This document shows positions 36,456-46,866 of a DNA stretch of 64,000 nucleotides, piece by piece. The notes under the pieces are model-generated. The model was not told where the DNA came from and did not search any database. It saw nothing but the letters and a program-made list of their open reading frames with translations. Both the position numbers and the translations under genes were made by a program. This stretch comes from Heptranchias perlo (taxonomy: Eukaryota): contig NC_090332.1 in NCBI RefSeq assembly GCF_035084215.1, positions 77,500,001-77,564,000 on the forward strand. Direction: 5' to 3'. The number at the start of each line of letters is the position of its first letter. The first letter of the stretch is position 1.

Positions 36456-37679
36456 TTGTAGTAAGCTTTCACCTGTCTAAGTGCCTGTTCGGATACAGTA
36501 CCATTCATTTTGATATCCTACAATGATCATTTCAGAGACCAGTTAACTAAAGTGAAATTCAGGGCTTGCTAAGATGCATCTTGTACAAATTCATACTAGG
36601 AGTTGTACATATATATAAACCTGGTGTTAAATTGTTTTTATATTTAATCTAGGTTGTAAATTACAACTATTACATGAATTCCTATACTTATGACGCGTTG
36701 AGATAAAATGATGCTTTGCACTCACATTGGATACTTTGGGTTTTTATTCCACAGCGATGTCCAGTTCAAAGGAAAACTGCCCATCAAAACAATGAGGTCA
36801 GGGTGAAAGTAAAATTATAAATTCAGGGCTTTCATAGATACCATCTTTAGTTCAGTGGCATCAGTCGCTCCCATAAATGGTCTAAGTGTCTTACTTTTCT
36901 GGGAGTTGACCTATATTTGTGCAATAGTGTAACTCGGGTGTAACAATAGTACCCTCTTGTGACCTGAAGCGGATATTTGTGTCTTTCATAGTGTCTTCCT
37001 TCAATCTCCCCAAAGTCAGAGAGAACTAACACTTGCTGAACATAACGAGCAGTTAAGTTCAGATTCGCCTAGTTCAATCGGTGCAACTTGTGTTTGCATA
37101 ATGATACAAAATAATGAGCATGCTACACTTCCCACATCAGTGGGCCATCAGACGTGACTTAAACAAAGAGATTTCTGACTACACTCTTCTGCATTTCAAT
37201 TGCCCTGTAGCCTTTTTTTTGCTTCAAGACTGCCCTGAAACATTCTGTTTCAAAAACCTCCCTGACTACTTGCTGGTGTTCCTGTTGCTGTCTTATCTCT
37301 CTCTGGTTACAGCCAAATGGATCAAAGACTTACGAACGCAGTGGGCGTGACGTGTTTTTCGATTGCCGAGACAGTCTCAACAAATTGCTCATTATTTATC
37401 AATGCTAGCTCTTCAGCAGCTCAACTGCCTATTGTCTTGGAGCCATTTCTTAAAAATGTGTGAATACAATGTGCGTTTAAAAGGCCATCAATTAAAGCAA
37501 CTCTTTTTCCAAATCCTTTCTCTGGGAAAATAGCCATGACATAAAACTGCCCATTGAAGCAACAGGGTCAAAGGTGAAAGGACAGCATTATAGTCCAATG
37601 TGGTACCTTAAATTTTAAATAAATCACTTTGAATACTTCCGTGGGTAAATGCACCGCCCAGTTATACAGAGCAGTAAAG

Positions 37680-37870
37680 CCCTGATTTATGCTGAGTTAG
37701 CTGGTCTTAGCTGGGTCAGTGGTAAAGGTGCCACAATTGGCGTCAGGAACCCTGCATTATGAAGGAGGTGGGTTGGGGAAAATCAATCAGGGTTCATGCT
37801 TGCTATTTAGTAACCCAATGGTAGAAAGTGCATGTCGTGGGTGTGTGAATGCCCAGGTGAAAAGGGATTA
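37680..37870 (+). mobile_element. SINE-C fragment
   Basis: GCTGAGTTAGCTGGTCTTAGC...CACAATTGGC...AAAATCAATCAGGGTTC. Confidence 0.5.
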
Positions 37871-38859
37871 GGCTTCGGGTCCGGGGGTAATGTGACTAAC
37901 GATTGGGTAGCCTAGAGAGGAGGTGACAAAAATGAACTGAAAAGAAACATTCGACCTCTGCACCTTCTACCGCAACTCATCACAGAAGAGATGATTATGA
38001 GGCAAATGGGGGAGGAGAAGGATAAGGCAATTTATCTGTATCATGTCAAAGTGTGTTATGAAAGGCAACGCAAATAGAACAGAACTCAGCCCAATTTGGA
38101 CTGCCCAATAATGCCACCATGTTGGGCAGAAACAATACAGTACATGTGGTGACACCAGCTTGATTAAATAATGTCGTATATCTGCAGTATGCAGATCTAG
38201 ACAAGAATCTATAGACCATGTGACACCAACCTGGAAGCTGTAGTCCATGTGAGATGTAATGTAGTCTGATCTGGCTGGAATCAGCAGCTGTTTATTTTTT
38301 TTTCGCTATCTCACTGATGACCCTGCAAACACTTCGGGCTCAATTTTAAAACCGAAGTCCGGGTGCGTTGGGTGCGGGGGGGAGGGGGGGGGTGGGGCAA
38401 ACAAAATCGGAATCTTCTAGAACGGGCAGGAATCCCGGCACCAACACGCTGAAGAACGGACAAGACCCAGAGTTATCTAGGTGCCCCCGCAGTTCCTGAA
38501 CCCGGAGGATATTTAAATCGCTAAATCAAGTACTTAAAGTACTTGAAATGTACATAAATCCAAGTAAGAAGGCAAGCGATTTCAACGCTGCCTCAATGTG
38601 TTTCCCATGCTGTGTGAAGCACGCCATGATGAAGGAGTCATGTTGCAGCCGACACCATTTGGACATTTAAATTGACAGATGGGGATAGAAGGTCAGTTAT
38701 TGCAGCAGGGCACTCATTTCTCTCAGACAAACTTTTGGCTGGGAGATCTTTGTGTTTAGACTGAAAATTCTTGGTTCACACTCAGAATTGTTCTGTTTAC
38801 ACATATTTACCAACTTCTCGGACCTCCTCAAACTGACACCATCAGGATGGGGGGGCACC

Positions 38860-40811
38860 ATGGCTGCATTCACCAGTACATCCGAGGACGAGCAACATCA
38901 CCATCCTCGCCCGGCACGGCGTGCACTTCCGCCACGTGGAGCTCCACAACACAGTGCTGCGCCACAGGCACCTGCACAAGGGCACAGACGGGAACAAAAG
39001 AGAGAGCGATGTCGCTGGAGGCACTCCCCGCGCCAGAGGGTCTACAGACAGAGGCTCAGCTTCCTGGACCTCTCTGAGGAGAAGTGCCTACGGAGGCTCA
39101 GAGTGAGTTGCAGACCAAGTGGTGTGCCACAGGGCTCAGTGTTGGGTCCCTTGCTGTTTGTGGTGTATACTAATGATTTGGACTTCAATGTAGGGGGCAT
39201 GATTGGCAAATTTGCAGATGACACAAAAATTGGCCATGTAGTTGATAGTGAAGAGGATAGCTGTAGACTCCAAGAAGATATCAATGGGTTGGTGGAGTGG
39301 GCGGAAAAGTGGCAAATGGAGTTCAACCCGGAGAAGTGTGAGGTAATGCACTTAGGGAGGGCAAACAGTAAAAGGGAATACGCAGTAAACGGGAATATAT
39401 TGAGAGGGGCAGAGGAAGTGAGAGACCTTGGAGTGCATGTGCACAGGTCCCTGAAGGTGGCAGTACAGGTAGATAAGATTGTGAAGAAGGCATACGGAAT
39501 GCTCTCCGTTATTAGCCGAGGTATAGAATACAAAAGCAGGGATGTAATGATGGAACTGTATAAAATGCTGGTAAAGCCACAGCTGGAGTATTGTGCGCAG
39601 TTCTGGTCACCACATTATAGGAAGGACATAATTTCTCTGGAGAGAGTGCAGAGAAGATTTACATGAATGTTGCCAGGGCTTGAAAATTGCAGTTACGAGG
39701 AGAGATTGGATAGGCTGGGGTTGTTTTCCTTGGAGCAGAGGAGGCTGAGGGGAGACTTGATTGAGGTGTACAAAATTATGAGGGGCCAAGATAGAGTAGA
39801 GAGGCAGTACCTGTTTCCCCTAGCGGAGAGTTCAAGAACAAGTAGACATAGATTTAAGCTGATTGGCGGAATGATTAGAGGGGACATGAGGAAAAACTTT
39901 TTTATCCAGAGGGTAGTGGGTGTATGGAATTCGCTGCCCGAATTGATGGTAAAGGCAGGGACCCTCAACTCTTTTAAAAAGTACCTGGACCTGCACCTAA
40001 AGTGCTGTAAGCTGCAGGGCTACACACCGGGTGCTGGAAGGTGGGATTAGAATGGGCACCTGGTTGTTCTTCGAGTCAGCACGGACACGATGGGCCGAAT
40101 GGCCCCTTCTGTGCTGTATGTTTTCTATGGTTCTATGGTTCTATCTGCAGCCTCTTTCATGCCGAGCTGCTCCAGGCCCAGGTCTAGCGGCATCTCATTA
40201 CCCGTCAATGTTAAAGTCACCACTGCCCTCAAACTTTTCACCTCCGGGACATTCCATGTCACCACCGGGGACATTGCCGGGGTCTCTCAGTTGCCTGCAC
40301 ACAAGTGCATAAGGAAGGTCACCGAAGGCTTGTTTTGCAGGGCCTCGCAATACGTCAACTTCCGCATAGACGACCTCAGCCAGACGGAGAGGGCAGTGGG
40401 ATTCCACTCTGTGGCTGGCTTCGCACAGGTACAGGGTGCAGTCGATCGCACCATATAGCAATCAGTGAGTAACAGCATCGATACAATGACAGCCACATTG
40501 CCACCAGATCTATAATTGAACAGGCGATAGGGCTGTTCAAGATGCGATTTTGGTGCCTCGATTGTTCTGGGGGAGCACTTCAATACGCACCAGCGAGAGC
40601 GTGTCGCATTATAGTAGTGTGTTGTGTCCTGCACAACATGGCACAACAGAGAGGGGTACCAGTTGAGGAGGCCCCGTCCCCTCATCCACCATCCACATCT
40701 GCCATCCACAATGAGGAGGAGCAGGAGGAGGAGGAACCCATGGGCAGAGCAGCGGTTCACCTGGCTGCTCGTAAGGCCAGGGAGTCACTAATATGTGAAC
40801 GGTTCTTGTAA
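38860..40811 (+). pseudogene. Harbinger (HARBI1-like) DDE transposase pseudogene
   Basis: RVYRQRLSFLDLSEEKCLRRLR | CR1 | LPVNVKVTTALKLFTSGTF...GDIAGVSQ...AGFAQVQGAVDRT (first catalytic D), a deletion, then TRSIIEQAIGLFKMRFWCLD...CCVLHN. The middle of the catalytic domain, including the second D, is missing. Confidence 0.85.
39116..40144 (+). mobile_element. Young 5'-truncated CR1 inserted in the Harbinger transposase
   Basis: GVPQGSVLGP, KFADDTK; single in-frame TGA at 39664-39666; TTCTATGG x3 tail; very similar to 2172-3204. Confidence 0.95.
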
Positions 40812-41136
40812 GATCAGGAAGTGAGAAGAGTCCAGCCCTCACACCACCTGGAAAGACCAGCGCCAACACCAGCCGCCACCCCCTCCCACACAAAACTGTC
40901 CTGCAACTATACATACACCCATTCTAAAGTGACCCACTGGGTGGCATCAAGTGTCGCTGTTCATGATGAACCACATGAAAGGGCGCTATCACAAAAGCCA
41001 GTCAAGAATGGGCAAGATGTGGCAGTAGTGGTGAGAATGCTAACATTTAATGTGACTTTAACAAAAAACAAATATAAATGAAAAATATGACAGTCTGTCA
41101 GGCACCCTTTTACAAACCCTTCGTGATCACAAATCC

Positions 41137-42497
41137 TTAGCCTGTCTCTTCTACGTGATGCATCCCCTGTGGCAGCAGCAGAGGTAGTGGCAGGTTGCTC
41201 ACGTTCATGCCTAGACTGCTTAGGTGCTTTTGGCCCATTTCCTCTGGGTTTTGGAGCCCAGGAGGGCCCCTCCAAAGACTGCTGCATCTCCACCTGTGCA
41301 GGGGCAGACTCGGCCACCTGGAGAGGAGGCAGCATTGCAGGTGCTGGTTGAGAGGAGGGCAACGGGTGAGACATGGGAGCGCTTTGAGTGGCGTCCCCAC
41401 TTCCATGACCCCTTTCGCCATCATCCCTCTCCTGGACCAGGCCCACATCACTCCTATCACCCTGCTGGACAACAGTTAGGAGGACATGTGTGCTGCCTTG
41501 GAAGGCCACTTCTAAAATATCTGTCAGCCTGTTTAAGGCGGCAGAATGATGTTCACCCTGAGTTCGAACGGCTGTTGTCAGGGCCTGAATGGATTCATTT
41601 GTGAGCCGTGCTTGAAGCTCCATGGAGGCTAGCCTTCTCTCCATCGCAGACATTCCCGCACTTACCTGCGACACTATCTCCGATATTCCAGCAGTTACGT
41701 GCGACACTATCTCAGAGAGTTGCTCACGTCCCTGAGACACTATCCCGTGCCTATGCCACCATTCCTCTCATGCAGGAGTTGGACTCCTCCATCCTCTGTG
41801 CTATTGTGGAGACTGTGCGTGGCACCTGTTCCAGTACCTCTCAAATATCCTGCTATCCCTCGATCATTCTCCTTTTAAAGGATGCCCCCCAGGGCTCAGC
41901 ATCTGCGTCCAGTGAGCAGAGCCTGGAGAGGAGTGCTCCCACCGACACGGACTCTCCACAGTGAGTGAGGGTGAAGTGGTCAGCCGATGAATGCATTGCT
42001 TTGGGTGAGGCTGACCATGAAAGAGGGTGAGTATCAGACAGAGACAGCACATTGGATCAGGATTGAGGTGAGTGGTCGTGGTGGGTTCACAAATGGGGAG
42101 GTGAGGAAGTGCTCAGGAAGTGAAGGTAAGTTGAGGATGAGCCTTAAGTGGGTGTGAAGAGTAATGTGATGGAGTAGTCTTGGCAGTACAGAATGATTTG
42201 TGTGTGTGAGGAGGGGTGGGGGGTGATGTGCACCACAGAATGCTGGAGAACAGTACGTGTACTCACTTTTGCTGACCTAGTTAGGTCATTGAAACATTTC
42301 CTGCACTGGACCCAAGTGCGGGATATGTTGCTCCTGCTGGTGGCCTCCTCTGCCACCTCGAGCCAGGCCTTCTTGGTGGCAGAGGCAGGGCGCTTCCTCC
42401 TGTCAGCCAGGTAAAACAGTTCCCTCCTCCTCCTCACCCCGGCCAGTAGCACCTGAAGTGAGGCATCATCAACAGCCTTGCCTCTGTGCTGCTCCAT
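41137..42497 (-). pseudogene. Harbinger ORF2: spliced Myb/SANT-like (trihelix) DNA-binding protein with a coiled-coil tail
   Basis: Exon 1 42497-42267 MEQHRG...LQVLLAGVRRRRELFY...KKAWLEVAEE...RTWVQCRKCFNDL, donor AAA|GTGAGT at 42266. Downstream coding pieces (~42010-41137) include MSAMERRLASMELQARLTNESIQAL; stops are present. Confidence 0.75.
41665..41750. repeat. Three 33-bp (11-codon) tandem repeats within Harbinger ORF2
   Basis: GACACTATC recurs at 41670, 41703 and 41736; the minus strand reads (G)IVSQGREQLS-EIVSHVTAGIS-EIVSQVSAGMS. Confidence 0.75.
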
Positions 42498-43464
42498 TGG
42501 GTCTTTTTGGTCTTTGCTCCAGCAAAAGCCATTGGAGCAATGGCCCTTTTAACAGAGCCGCTCCAGCTGACAGCCTGTCATGCGGGTGTGCAGTCCGCCC
42601 ACTGCGCAGCCTTTGAACAGCAAACCTGGAAACCACGTTAAGGGCCACCAATTAACTCGCGATCACGTGGGGAACGGTAAGTTTTTATTATTCCGGTTTG
42701 CCGCGTGTCCATCGACCCCCCCCCCCCCTGCTGCCATCACACCATCCTTTCAAAATCGAGCCCGTAGTCTTAGTATAGTCCTTCTTGGTTTAGGAAGCCA
42801 GAAAGTGGCCCATTTGAAAAGGGATCCTGCGATTTTGATGAGGCATCACATTTAACATGACATGAGTGCACGACCTCTAAAGTATTAGCTTGATTCAGTT
42901 CTTATTTTTGAATCTCTTAATCTGAGACAGGAAGTGCGACCTCAAAGCAAAAGAGCTGCTCTCTGAACTGGAGCTGCAAGTTCCTTCGAATCACATATCT
43001 TTTGTTAGTGGTTACCAGTTATAGATTGTTCAAGTTTCAGTTCCTGAATATAAACATGTAGAAAAGAGTGTACTTTCTCTCCAACACCTTAAATCTGTTC
43101 TTCTGAAAGCAGTGACTAATAAGCTCAATAGTTCAACAGGCACCAGTGGCCCTCAGGAGAGGAGGAGGCCGTTTGTAAAAGCAAAGTGATTACTAATGGG
43201 GAAAGTAAAAGCATCTGTTTTAACCTGAATTTTAACAAAAAATAAATGCTGAAATGGGAAGTGAGAGTGATCATGAGTGGTGAAACTTGCAAGACTATAG
43301 GATTAAATGTACTACAAAATGTTTCTCACTGAAATGTCTGTCTGGGGTGGACAAGGTTATCAAACACAGAGCATGTCGTTCTTATAACTCTTGCACTGGC
43401 TGAATTGCAGCTCATTCTGAAACTTTACTGTCAAATCACTTCTAAAATCTGAAGCCTTCATTTA

Positions 43465-43570
43465 CTTCATCAACAATGACTACACTTCAAACGTACTTCA
43501 TTGGCTCTACAACGCTTTGGGACATCCTGAACTCATGAAAGGCGCTATATAAATGCAATTCTTTCTTCTT
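43465..43570 (+). mobile_element. Deu-SINE 3' tail fragment
   Basis: CAACAATGACTACACTTCAAACGTACTTCATTGGCT...GAAAGGCGCTATATAAATGCAA. Confidence 0.75.
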
Positions 43571-43618
43571 CCTACTCTTTATTTTTGTTCCTTTTTGACA
43601 CTCAGCATGTGCATGATG

Positions 43619-43822
43619 ATGTGGAGATGCCGGTGATGGACTGGGGTTGACAAATGTAAAGAATCTTACAACACCAGGTTATAGTCCAACAATTTTATTT
43701 GAAAATCACAAGCTTTCGGAGATTATCTCCTTCGTCACCTGACGAAGGAGATAATCTCCGAAAGCTTGTGATTTTCAAATAAAATTGTTGGACTATAACC
43801 TGGTGTTGTAAGATTCTTTACA
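43619..43822. mobile_element. Palindromic mini-Penelope (PLE) insertion
   Basis: Perfect 83-bp inverted arms (43655-43737 / 43740-43822, 2-nt loop); TSD CATGTG(C/A)ATGATG at 43606-43618 and 43823-43835; same family as 60084-60333. Confidence 0.85.
43735..43771 (+). ncRNA. Minimal type-I hammerhead ribozyme-like motif
   Basis: UCAC-CUGACGA-A-GGAGA(UAA)UCUCC-GAAA-GCUU-GUGA: helix I UCAC/GUGA, CUGANGA and GAAA core, helix II, palindromic AGCU in place of helix III. Confidence 0.65.
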
Positions 43823-43907
43823 CATGTGAATGATGTTAGTCCTCAGGAATGGAACATTTTCATTTTGGGCACCCTAGCATTTGCATTAAGCACTTCCAGA
43901 TCAGGTG

Positions 43908-44162
43908 TAGAATCATAGAATCATACAGCACAGAAGGAGGCCATTTGGCCCATCGTGGCTCTGCTGGCTTTTTGAAAGAGCTGTCCAATTAGTCCACTGC
44001 CCTGCTCTTTCCCCATAGCTCTGCAAATTTTTCCCCTTTAAGTATTTATCCACTTCCCTTTTGAAAGTTATTATTGAATCTGCTTCCACTGCCCTTTCAG
44101 GCAGTGCATTCCAGATCATAACAACTCGCTGTGTAAAAAACTTGTTCTCCTCATCTCCCCCT
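43908..44162 (-). mobile_element. CR1 3' fragment
   Basis: FTQRVVMIWNALPERAVEA; ATAGAATCATAGAATC tail complement. Confidence 0.9.
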
Positions 44163-45139
44163 TGTAGAATTTTCTCTCTATTCTCTGCCAACAATGTGCC
44201 TCAGAAAAACACTCCAATTGCACCAGTGGGGATTCTTTTCAATTTCAATTTCAACCATCCTGTGACCACAGTTAGAGGTGGTTCAATGTGTAGAACTGGT
44301 CTTTCAGCTGTGATTTTGGTTCAGATCCACCCCAGAGCCTCTGCTTGTTGTAAATGCTCGACAGGAACTCAGCTTGGACACTCTTACCTGGTTCTGCATT
44401 GGCCGATAAAACAAGTTGCTCTCATTTCATTAACATATCTGCATCTCTTGATGACAAATTCTCCTCATTTCACTGTGGCACATTTATTGTGGTTGAAAAT
44501 AAATAATTTTATAAACTCAGCACTTTCAAAGAGCCGGCACAGGCATGATGGGCTGAATGGCCTCTTCCTGTGCTGTACCCATTATGATACTATGATGAGG
44601 ATAGAAATTCAATTCAAGTTATGAATACTACTTATACTAGCAGATCTCATCTGGCTTTACTCATGGTCAGTTTAGGATCTGGACTGTGATTTTTAATGTC
44701 TACTATTGTCTCACTGCAGCCTAAACACTACAGTGGTTCTCCCATCATTGCAATCTAGAAAATTTACTGAAGCAGCATATCACATAACTGACTTGAGGTA
44801 AAAATATTATTGATGTTCACCGATACAGGCCTCCCAGACATAATGAACTTAATGTTACTCCTTTGGATGGAATATCAATGGGGTGATAATTGTGCCCGTC
44901 TTTCTGTCTCCACTCCAATCCACTTCCATGGGACAGAGGTCATTTCCAATGCAGGGCGGGCTTGTCAGCCAGATTCCCACTATCAAGTCAGAGCTGCGTC
45001 ACTGCTAACAATGTTGCAGTGGGACCGCAGCTGCAGCACTCACAGAGGTTATGGGGGACCTTAAACGGGCAGAAGAGCCCCAAAGACAAAAGCAAAATTT
45101 GTCTTGGCTGAGACAGTGGCCTAAGAAGGTACGGCATTG

Positions 45140-45515
45140 AAAGAAAGAAAGACTTGCATTTATATAGTGCCTTTCATGACCTCAGGACGTCCCAAAGCGC
45201 TTTATAACCAATAAAGTACTTTCGAAGTGTGGTCACTGTTGTTTTGTAGGAAACGCGGCAGCCAATTTGCGCCCAGCAAGTTCCCACAAGCAGCAATATG
45301 ATAATGGCCAGATAATCTGTTTTGGTGATGTTGTTTGAGGGATAAATATTGGCCAGGACACCGGGGAGAACTCTTCTTCGAAATTGTGCCATGGGATCTT
45401 TTATGTCCACCTGAGAGGTTTAACGTTCTCATCCGAAAGACGTCACCTCTGACAGTGCAGCACTCCCTCAGTACTGCATTGGGATGTCAGACTAGATTTT
45501 GTGCTCAAGTCTCTG
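45140..45515 (-). mobile_element. Deu-SINE (SacSINE1/AmnSINE1-like), well preserved, head missing
   Basis: Reverse complement of GCAGTACTGAGGGAGTGCTGCACTGTC...AAAAGATCCCATGGCAC...GTGTCCTGGCCAATATTTATCCCTCA...GAAAGGCACTATATAAATGCAAG. Confidence 0.85.
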
Positions 45516-45619
45516 TAAACCTAACCAGTCTATCACTTTGTTATCATCTTGCATCATTACCTTTAGTTGTGGTGAAATATCATACCTCAACATGCACTCT
45601 ATGCATTTAAATTTTTAAA

Positions 45620-45975
45620 AGACCACCCTGCTCCAGTTCTCTTTACTTACCCTGGGCGGGCTGCATGGACAACGGCAGTCCTCTGATAGCTTATCCAAGT
45701 GGTTATTTGTGTGTTAGTTTGACAATGAGTGACAGTAGAGTCTTCATCTTGGTGGGTTTGCAGCCGTGTTTGAACCTATCTTCACCCGGTATCTGTATAC
45801 GCACAGGCATAACTGGATAGCTATTGAGAGTGAGAACTGTGGCTGATTTCCCCTCCCCTTACGCCAGACAAGGAGGCAAATTGCAGTGTACCTATCACTT
45901 CACCAGACTAACAATTCAGCCAGTATGGTTGAGTACATGATGTGGTATATTTACTAAGCCAGCCGCTCGAGGAGC
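45620..45975 (-). mobile_element. Degenerate SINE-C copy
   Basis: CCAAGTGG..ATT, GACAATGAGTG, ACTGGATAG...GAGAAC..TGGCTGATTT segments shared with 23690-24040. Confidence 0.45.
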
Positions 45976-46641
45976 CATCTCTGTGTATTTAACTGTGTAC
46001 AGCAGGTGGTTTTTCTGGTTTCTGGAGCACTTGCATGTTCTAAAAGTTGGACCTTATCCAGCTATGAAAAGACTGGCATGTGGTTTACTATTAATCACTT
46101 TGTCAACTAGCAAGAGATTGTTTATAACAGCAACTGATGGTGGTTTTGAGGCTCATATGTTGTGTGAAAGGGGTCTGGTCCAACTGAGGCCTACTTACAC
46201 AGTCTGTATCATTATAGCCATCCCATTCTGCTTCACCCGTAGCATTTTACTCTACATATGTGGTGGATTTATTCTGAAAAAGACATTTTGCCAAACTGCT
46301 CGCTGTGTTTTCAATGTGAAAAAGATCTGTTAAGACCTAATAATTGCAGTGTTGCTGGAAACCTGCATGAATACTTACCGCAAGTTTAGAATGAGCTTTT
46401 TCTCAGGAAACTTATCTCCTTTGTCTTGGGATTTGGAAATGATATTTGTTTAATTTTCTTTCTCTCCTCTCCTGAAGGGATTGACTCATACTGGGGTATG
46501 TTTCCCCGGAAACCAGCAGTTCTTTAGTACAGGGCGCACCCATTCGCCTGCAGATCCCAACATGTTCAGCAGCCCTCCTGCGGCTTTTCAGTTCCCAAGA
46601 CTCAGCTGCCTTGCTCTATGTCCCAGCAGCACTGACACCAC

Positions 46642-46866
46642 GGGGCGTGATTTTAACCCTACCCGCCCAGCTGAAGCCTGCGGGGTCTTTCTTTAAATAT
46701 GCAGATTAGGGTCTGATGATGTCATTGGGACCTGACTGCAATTTTAACTCTTGCCTGAGCAGGGAAGCCACTGTGACTTTCCCGCCAGGTGAAGACAGCA
46801 GGAAGTGAATCAAAAGAAGCCATTTAAGATAAGATTTTTTTTTACTTTCCTTCTGGGGCCAGGAGA
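46642..46866. mobile_element. Left part of a GC-rich MITE-like element; appears to resume at ~50185 after the long CR1
   Basis: GGGCGTGATTTTAACC terminus; ...GGGGCCAGGAG | CR1 | AGGAGGAGCAAGG, with a possible 5-bp TSD AGGAG. Confidence 0.45.

Larger units (their letters stand above)
38336..42763. mobile_element. PIF/Harbinger DNA transposon (defective, internally deleted, CR1-interrupted)
   Basis: TIRs GGGCTCAATTTTAAAA / reverse complement GGGCTCGATTTTGAAA; convergent HARBI1-like transposase (+) and Myb/SANT gene (-). Flanks TTC/GTA give no clean 3-bp TSD. Confidence 0.9.

Noticed and set aside
38860-42497. Domesticated HARBI1 or NAIF1/MSANTD host genes
   Set aside because: Enclosed by TIRs, frameshifted, internally deleted and CR1-interrupted; this is a transposon copy.
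43655-43822. Conserved miRNA gene or assembly artefact
   Set aside because: A perfect stem, a TSD and a second related copy at 60084 indicate a recent PLE insertion.
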